Source: an uncultured delta proteobacterium (GTDB lineage: Bacteria; Myxococcota_A; Polyangia; Fen-1088). Taken from it: a stretch of 64,000 nucleotides of DNA. Shown piece after piece: positions 59,730 to 64,000 of the stretch (position 1 is the first letter of the stretch; each line of letters opens with the position of its first letter). The notes beneath the pieces were generated by a model, which was not told the DNA's origin, ran no database searches, and saw only the letters and a list, made by a program, of their open reading frames with translations. The stretch lies in contig CAWAKD010000007.1 of NCBI GenBank assembly GCA_963782545.1, positions 1,574,026-1,638,025 on the forward strand, read 5' to 3'. The position numbers were made by a program, and so were the translations under genes.

Positions 59730-60707
59730 ATGCGCCTGCCGCGACCCGGACTGAACCTGACCGCCCTACTCGCGCTGTCCGCGCTCGCGGAATTGATCTT
59801 CTACCGCATCTTGAGCGCGGTCTTTCTGCCGAGCCAGAATGGCACCACCGCCGAACGCTGGACGGCCAGCTTCGCGCTCTTCGTCTCGAACTTCTCGGGC
59901 ATCCTGGCCCTGCTGGTCGTGGTGCTGGCGCTCCTGCATGCCTTGCGCTCGGATCAGGTTTTTCCCCGCTCCATGCGCATCACGGTCACCACCGTGGGGT
60001 TGTTCTTCTCCGTTCTCGCCGGCTTCGGCGTGCTCTGGATCCCCGCGGCCATGTACCACGTCCACCTGCGCATCAGTCACGGGTTCTTGATCTTCTTCCT
60101 CGCGCTCGGCATCTGGCACGGCTCGCGTCCGTGGCGATTCAAGCTCGCGATTACCCTGTTCGCGATTCCCATCGTGCTTCAGGCCTTCGCCCTCTTCGCT
60201 CATCGCATGGCGTGGTCGCGCCTGGATCCTGCCGAAATGGTACGGCTGGGGCACGCGATCACCCTGGCGGCCATGACCGCCACGCCGGTGCTCGTGGCGC
60301 CCTGGCCTTGGCGCAAAGCCAGGATGGCAATCACCCTCGGCGTGGGAGTGGCAACGGCCGGGGCGCTCGCCGCCGCGATGACGCTTCGCTTCGACATGGT
60401 CCAGGCGGTGGCGTTCTACGGGCTGCGCATCGACCTGACCGGCTTGGGGTCTTCGGCGGAACGACTCTATGCGGGCGCCCTCATCGCATCCTTCGCCTGC
60501 CTTGGTGCGGCAACGGCGGGCTGTCTCAGCGAACGGGGGAGGCCACGCCTCGCCGGCTGGGGACTCGTGCTCCTTGCCGTCGCGGGCATGGACATCGGCT
60601 CGCCCAGGTCTGCTCTGTTCACTCTGTGTGGACTGCTCGCCTTGGCGGTATCGAGTGCACCCGTGGTCGGTGTAGCGGTTCCCTCGGAGTCGGCTCCCGA
60701 GGCATAG
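59730..60707 (+). CDS. Hypothetical polytopic membrane protein (~10-11 TM)
   Basis: A series of hydrophobic segments with good codon bias; no recognisable motif. Confidence 0.7.
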   Translation: MRLPRPGLNLTALLALSALAELIFYRILSAVFLPSQNGTTAERWTASFALFVSNFSGILALLVVVLALLHALRSDQVFPRSMRITVTTVGLFFSVLAGFGVLWIPAAMYHVHLRISHGFLIFFLALGIWHGSRPWRFKLAITLFAIPIVLQAFALFAHRMAWSRLDPAEMVRLGHAITLAAMTATPVLVAPWPWRKARMAITLGVGVATAGALAAAMTLRFDMVQAVAFYGLRIDLTGLGSSAERLYAGALIASFACLGAATAGCLSERGRPRLAGWGLVLLAVAGMDIGSPRSALFTLCGLLALAVSSAPVVGVAVPSESAPEA

Positions 60708-60748
60708 CGAACCACCGGGCCTCACGGTCCGAGCGGTCGAAACGACCC

Positions 60749-60970
60749 CTAGCGGGAACGCAGCTCTTGTTCCGCGCGCAACCAGTTCTCGAGATCGCTG
60801 CCCTCTTTGCAACCTTCGCTGACGTAGATCTCGAAGGCGCGGGCCTGGATCTCTTCCTGCGTCGGCTCGAACGAAGCGCCGGGTTTGGCAGGCTTGGAGA
60901 TTGGCTTGGCAGCGGGCGCCACCTTGCCGACTTTTGCTTTGTTTGACTTGGAATTAGACTGGATAGCCAT
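60749..60970 (-). CDS. DUF2934 family protein
   Basis: 'EEIQARAFEIY...G..EGSD.ENWLRAEQEL'. Confidence 0.85.
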   Translation of the reverse strand: MAIQSNSKSNKAKVGKVAPAAKPISKPAKPGASFEPTQEEIQARAFEIYVSEGCKEGSDLENWLRAEQELRSR

Positions 60971-61122
60971 GGGACTGACAGTAGGTTGAGCCCGAAGGGA
61001 AAAGTGTCAAGAAAATCATGCCGAGGGGCGACCGCTTGGAATGCGTCGCACAAACGCCAAGCAACGATGCTGGCAGTGGCCGCGTGACTTCAGGCATAGT
61101 AGCCCCGTCATTCCAATTGCCC

Positions 61123-62025
61123 ATGGAAGCCAACTCCAGAATCGAGACGACGATCGCGCAGGTCGTGGCGAAGGCAACGGCGGCGCCATGCCCGGCGCGC
61201 CTGGCTGAAGCGCTTCGCTACGCAGTGTTTCCCGGCGGTGGTAGGGTCCGCCCCGGGTTGTGCTTGGCTGTGGCGAGGGCGTGCGGCGATCGCGATCCGG
61301 CCCTTGCAGATGCAGCCGCGGCGGCCATCGAGCTGCTCCATTGTGCCTCGCTGGCACAGGACGATTTGCCCTGTTTCGACGATGCCCCTCTGAGGCGTGG
61401 CCAACTCTCGTTGCACAAGCGCTTCGGCGAGGCGATCGCGGTGCTCGTCGGCGATGCCTTGATCGTGATGACCTTCGGCGCGGTTTCGTCCCATGCGTCG
61501 CGTCGTCCGGTCGAATGCACGGCCATTCTTCACCTCCTGGCCGAGGCTGCCGGGGCACCCGCAGGGATCGCGGCCGGACAGGCCTGGGAGAGTGAACCGA
61601 GCGTGGACCTGACCGCCTACCATCACGCGAAGACCGCGGTGTTGTTCGAGGCTGCGGCCGTCGCTGGCGCTATCGCCGGGGGCGCCGAACCCGAGGCCTG
61701 GAGACGGGCCGGATCCCTGTTCGGCGAGGCCTACCAAGTCGCCGACGATCTCGCGGACGCACTCGGGGAATCGGGTCGGCTCGGCAAGCCCATCCACCAG
61801 GATGGAAACAAGGCCCGTCCGAGCGTGCTGGCGAACCTTGGCGTCAAAGACGCCGTCAGGCGACTCGACGAGCTCCTCGGCCAGGCCATAGGCGCCATTC
61901 CCGAGTGTCGCGGCCGCGGGAACGTCGAGGAGTTCCTGCGTCTCGCGGCCGCGCGTCTGTGCCCGCAGGAGCTGCGTCGAGGCACTGCCGAATCGGGATC
62001 TACTGCCGCGCTGGAGCGCGGCTAG
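61123..62025 (+). CDS. crtE: Geranylgeranyl diphosphate synthase (polyprenyl synthetase)
   Basis: 'GGGRVRP', FARM 'QDDLPCFDD...RRG', 'GDAL', 'GQAWE', 'KT..LF', SARM 'YQVADDLAD', 'GKP..QD'. Confidence 0.88.
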   Translation: MEANSRIETTIAQVVAKATAAPCPARLAEALRYAVFPGGGRVRPGLCLAVARACGDRDPALADAAAAAIELLHCASLAQDDLPCFDDAPLRRGQLSLHKRFGEAIAVLVGDALIVMTFGAVSSHASRRPVECTAILHLLAEAAGAPAGIAAGQAWESEPSVDLTAYHHAKTAVLFEAAAVAGAIAGGAEPEAWRRAGSLFGEAYQVADDLADALGESGRLGKPIHQDGNKARPSVLANLGVKDAVRRLDELLGQAIGAIPECRGRGNVEEFLRLAAARLCPQELRRGTAESGSTAALERG

Positions 62026-62112
62026 AGCAGCGGGCGGTTTGATGGATCCGGTGAAATTGCGCCGCTGCGAGTGGTTCCGTGACCTCCGTGCTTTCGGTAG
62101 CGAAGAAGAGGC

Positions 62113-63051
62113 ATGGATTTGATGGGAGCCTGGACGGGAAGCGCGGAAGAGCGACGTGCGGATATCCGCGCCTGCCACGAGATCCTCGCGCGCGGATCGA
62201 AGAGTTTCGTCGCGGCGTCGCGCTTGCTGCCGAAACGACTGCACGACCTCACCGCGGCCCTTTATGCCTTTTGCCGGGTGGCTGACGACGCGGTGGATCT
62301 GGGGGACGACGTCCAGGCCGCCATTGCGCGGCTTTACCAGCGCTTGGATCGCGTGTACGCCGGAAACCCGGAACCCGATCCCGTGGACCGCGCGTTTTGC
62401 CACGTGGTTCAAACCTGCGGCATCCCGCAGGCCATTCCGCGCGCCCTCATCGAGGGGTTCGAATGGGATGCGCGCAGGCGGCGCTACGCCACGGCCCAGG
62501 ACCTGGACGCCTACTGCGCGCGGGTGGCCGGAACCGTGGGCGTGATGATGACCCTGCTCTTCGGCGAGCGCTCGCCTGTCCTGCTGGCGCGCGCGTGCGA
62601 TCTCGGGCTGGCCATGCAGCTCACCAACATCTGCCGGGACGTGGGCGAGGACGCACGCGCCGGACGCGTCTACCTGCCCCTCGACTGGCTGGCCGAGGCC
62701 GGCCTCGACCCCGACGATCTCATCGCGCGGCCCGCTCACAGCCCGGCCCTTGGCGGCGTGGTCAAGCGCGTGCTCGACCGGGCCGACGCCTGCTACCGCC
62801 GGGCCGACCGAGGCATCACCCTTTACCCTTACGACTGCCGCCTCGGTGTCCGCGCCGCGCGCCTCATCTACTCCGAGATCGGCCGCAAGGTCGCGAAGAA
62901 CGGCTACGACGCCGTCTCCACCCGCGCCTACACCAGCAAGGCGCGCAAGGTCCTATTGCTATTGCGCGCATTGCCGGTGTTGCTGAGGCGGCGTCGAGAA
63001 AGCGACGAACCCGCGAATCCAGAGGTGAGATTTCTGGTCGAGGCGGTCTAG
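62113..63051 (+). CDS. crtB: Phytoene synthase
   Basis: 'GSKSF..AS.LLP', 'YAFCRVADDAVD', 'YCARVAGTVG', 'LGLAMQLTNICRDVGED...GRVYLP'. Confidence 0.92.
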   Translation: MDLMGAWTGSAEERRADIRACHEILARGSKSFVAASRLLPKRLHDLTAALYAFCRVADDAVDLGDDVQAAIARLYQRLDRVYAGNPEPDPVDRAFCHVVQTCGIPQAIPRALIEGFEWDARRRRYATAQDLDAYCARVAGTVGVMMTLLFGERSPVLLARACDLGLAMQLTNICRDVGEDARAGRVYLPLDWLAEAGLDPDDLIARPAHSPALGGVVKRVLDRADACYRRADRGITLYPYDCRLGVRAARLIYSEIGRKVAKNGYDAVSTRAYTSKARKVLLLLRALPVLLRRRRESDEPANPEVRFLVEAV

Positions 63052-63119
63052 ATCGCCTCGCCTATCGTCTGCCGCCGCTGTCCGCGACGTCGTTCGTGTG
63101 CCAAGCACGCTGAAACCCG

Positions 63120-64000
63120 TCAGCGGGTCGAGGGTTCTGATGCGTACACCGTGCCGAGCGTGGTCAGCGAGTGGTCGCTGTTGGTCAGCTCGTTGTTGGG
63201 GTCCCACTGATACCACGCGTAGCGCTGCAGGCGCGGGTGCTTCGCGAACATGGCGACCGCGCCGGTGTAGAAAGCCTGCACCGTCGCCTGGTCTGGATTG
63301 CTGGCATTCATGCAGCCCCATTCCGTGAGCCACAACGGCAGGTTGCCGGGCAAGCCCTCCGCCCACTTGATATAGCTTTCCAGGTTGGCGGCCTTGGCGT
63401 CGCACGAACCGGCGTTCCACCCGTACCAGTGAAGCGCGATGAAGTCGATGCGCAGATTTGCTGCCTGAGCCTGGGACAGGAAGTCCGTGAACCACGACTG
63501 GCCGTCCGCCGACGTCGCGGGGCTCCCGACCAAGATGTCGGGGTTGCTGGTCATGGCTGGCCACAGCGCGATGGCATCGGCGACGGTCATGTTGGCCTGG
63601 TCGCTCTTGTTGGGTTCATTGAAACCAAGCACGACCTTGTAGCCGGCATTGACCAGCTTGGCGATCTGCGCAGCGACCGCGTCCGGCGTCGGGTGGTTAT
63701 TGGGGTGGTTCGAATACATGGGCACGAATTCCCCGCCTGTGCTGCACGAGTCAGGGGTCACGGTCCAGTTGTAGTACCAAGAGACTTTCAGGCTGGTGCG
63801 TTCCGCGCACGTGCAGCTGGCCACGCCCTTGTACGGCAACGCGCCAGCGCCGCCATCGATAGCCGTGGTCGCGCCGCCGCTACCCGTCCCACCACCGGTC
63901 GAAATCGCGCCGCCGCTCGAAATCGCGCCACCGGCACCAGGGAGCCCGGTCGTGGTCGCGGCCTCGGTTCCGCCCGAACCCTTGACACCACCGCTCGCCA
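63120..64000 (-). CDS. GH128 (Glyco_hydro_cc; beta-1,3-glucanase-like) protein with a Gly-rich linker; 5' end outside window
   Basis: 'SWYYNW', 'EFVPM', 'LGFNEP', 'DFIALHWY', 'PLWLTEWG', 'RYAW'. Confidence 0.88.
   Translation of the reverse strand, partial: ASGGVKGSGGTEAATTTGLPGAGGAISSGGAISTGGGTGSGGATTAIDGGAGALPYKGVASCTCAERTSLKVSWYYNWTVTPDSCSTGGEFVPMYSNHPNNHPTPDAVAAQIAKLVNAGYKVVLGFNEPNKSDQANMTVADAIALWPAMTSNPDILVGSPATSADGQSWFTDFLSQAQAANLRIDFIALHWYGWNAGSCDAKAANLESYIKWAEGLPGNLPLWLTEWGCMNASNPDQATVQAFYTGAVAMFAKHPRLQRYAWYQWDPNNELTNSDHSLTTLGTVYASEPSTR

Noticed and set aside
2117-62739. Many long antisense or overlapping ORFs (e.g. 2781-4223, 9863-11875, 23171-25372, 37973-39529, 52882-54237, 56412-58001, 61108-62739)
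   Set aside because: They are shadow ORFs typical of high-GC DNA: Arg/Ala/Pro-rich, without motifs, and overlapping well-supported genes.
1-64000. tRNA, rRNA, prophage or recognisable anti-phage defence genes
   Set aside because: No cloverleaf or rRNA signatures, phage structural genes or known defence motifs were recognised by eye.

Overview
This is high-GC DNA with a strongly myxobacterial (Myxococcota, probably Polyangia) character, shown by a MYXO-CTERM protein, an MXAN_5187-like gene, three Hanks-type Ser/Thr kinases, TPR-PEGA proteins and many lipoproteins with Gly-rich linkers. Positions ~1-20.4 kb are an accessory region of cell-surface genes. It holds an FGE/CLec-fold lipoprotein, a kinase, a ~2,450-aa Kelch + Cys-repeat + 26x disintegrin-like + MYXO-CTERM protein coupled to a TraB-like outer-membrane barrel, a TPR-PEGA/TPR-PEGA/PQQ-propeller operon, a Cys-rich lipoprotein gene bracketed by two 44-bp repeats next to an IS91-like transposase remnant, and a chimeric pseudogene. 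Positions 20.4-64 kb are mostly core or metabolic genes: an Rsm22-like methyltransferase, two RseP proteases, glycosyltransferases, thiD, a pectin methylesterase, a pta-ackA-ndk-DTW operon containing a 99-bp structured tandem repeat and a long hairpin, tsaB, larE, an ampG-like MFS, rfbBACD, an IS5-family element, a CTAG-targeting MITE, a sigma54 two-component module with a clear -24/-12 promoter, crtE-crtB and a GH128 lipoprotein. At least 8 genes carry single-base frameshifts, which suggests long-read assembly errors. No rRNA, tRNA or CRISPR array was seen. All family assignments come from motifs recognised by eye; no database searches were run.
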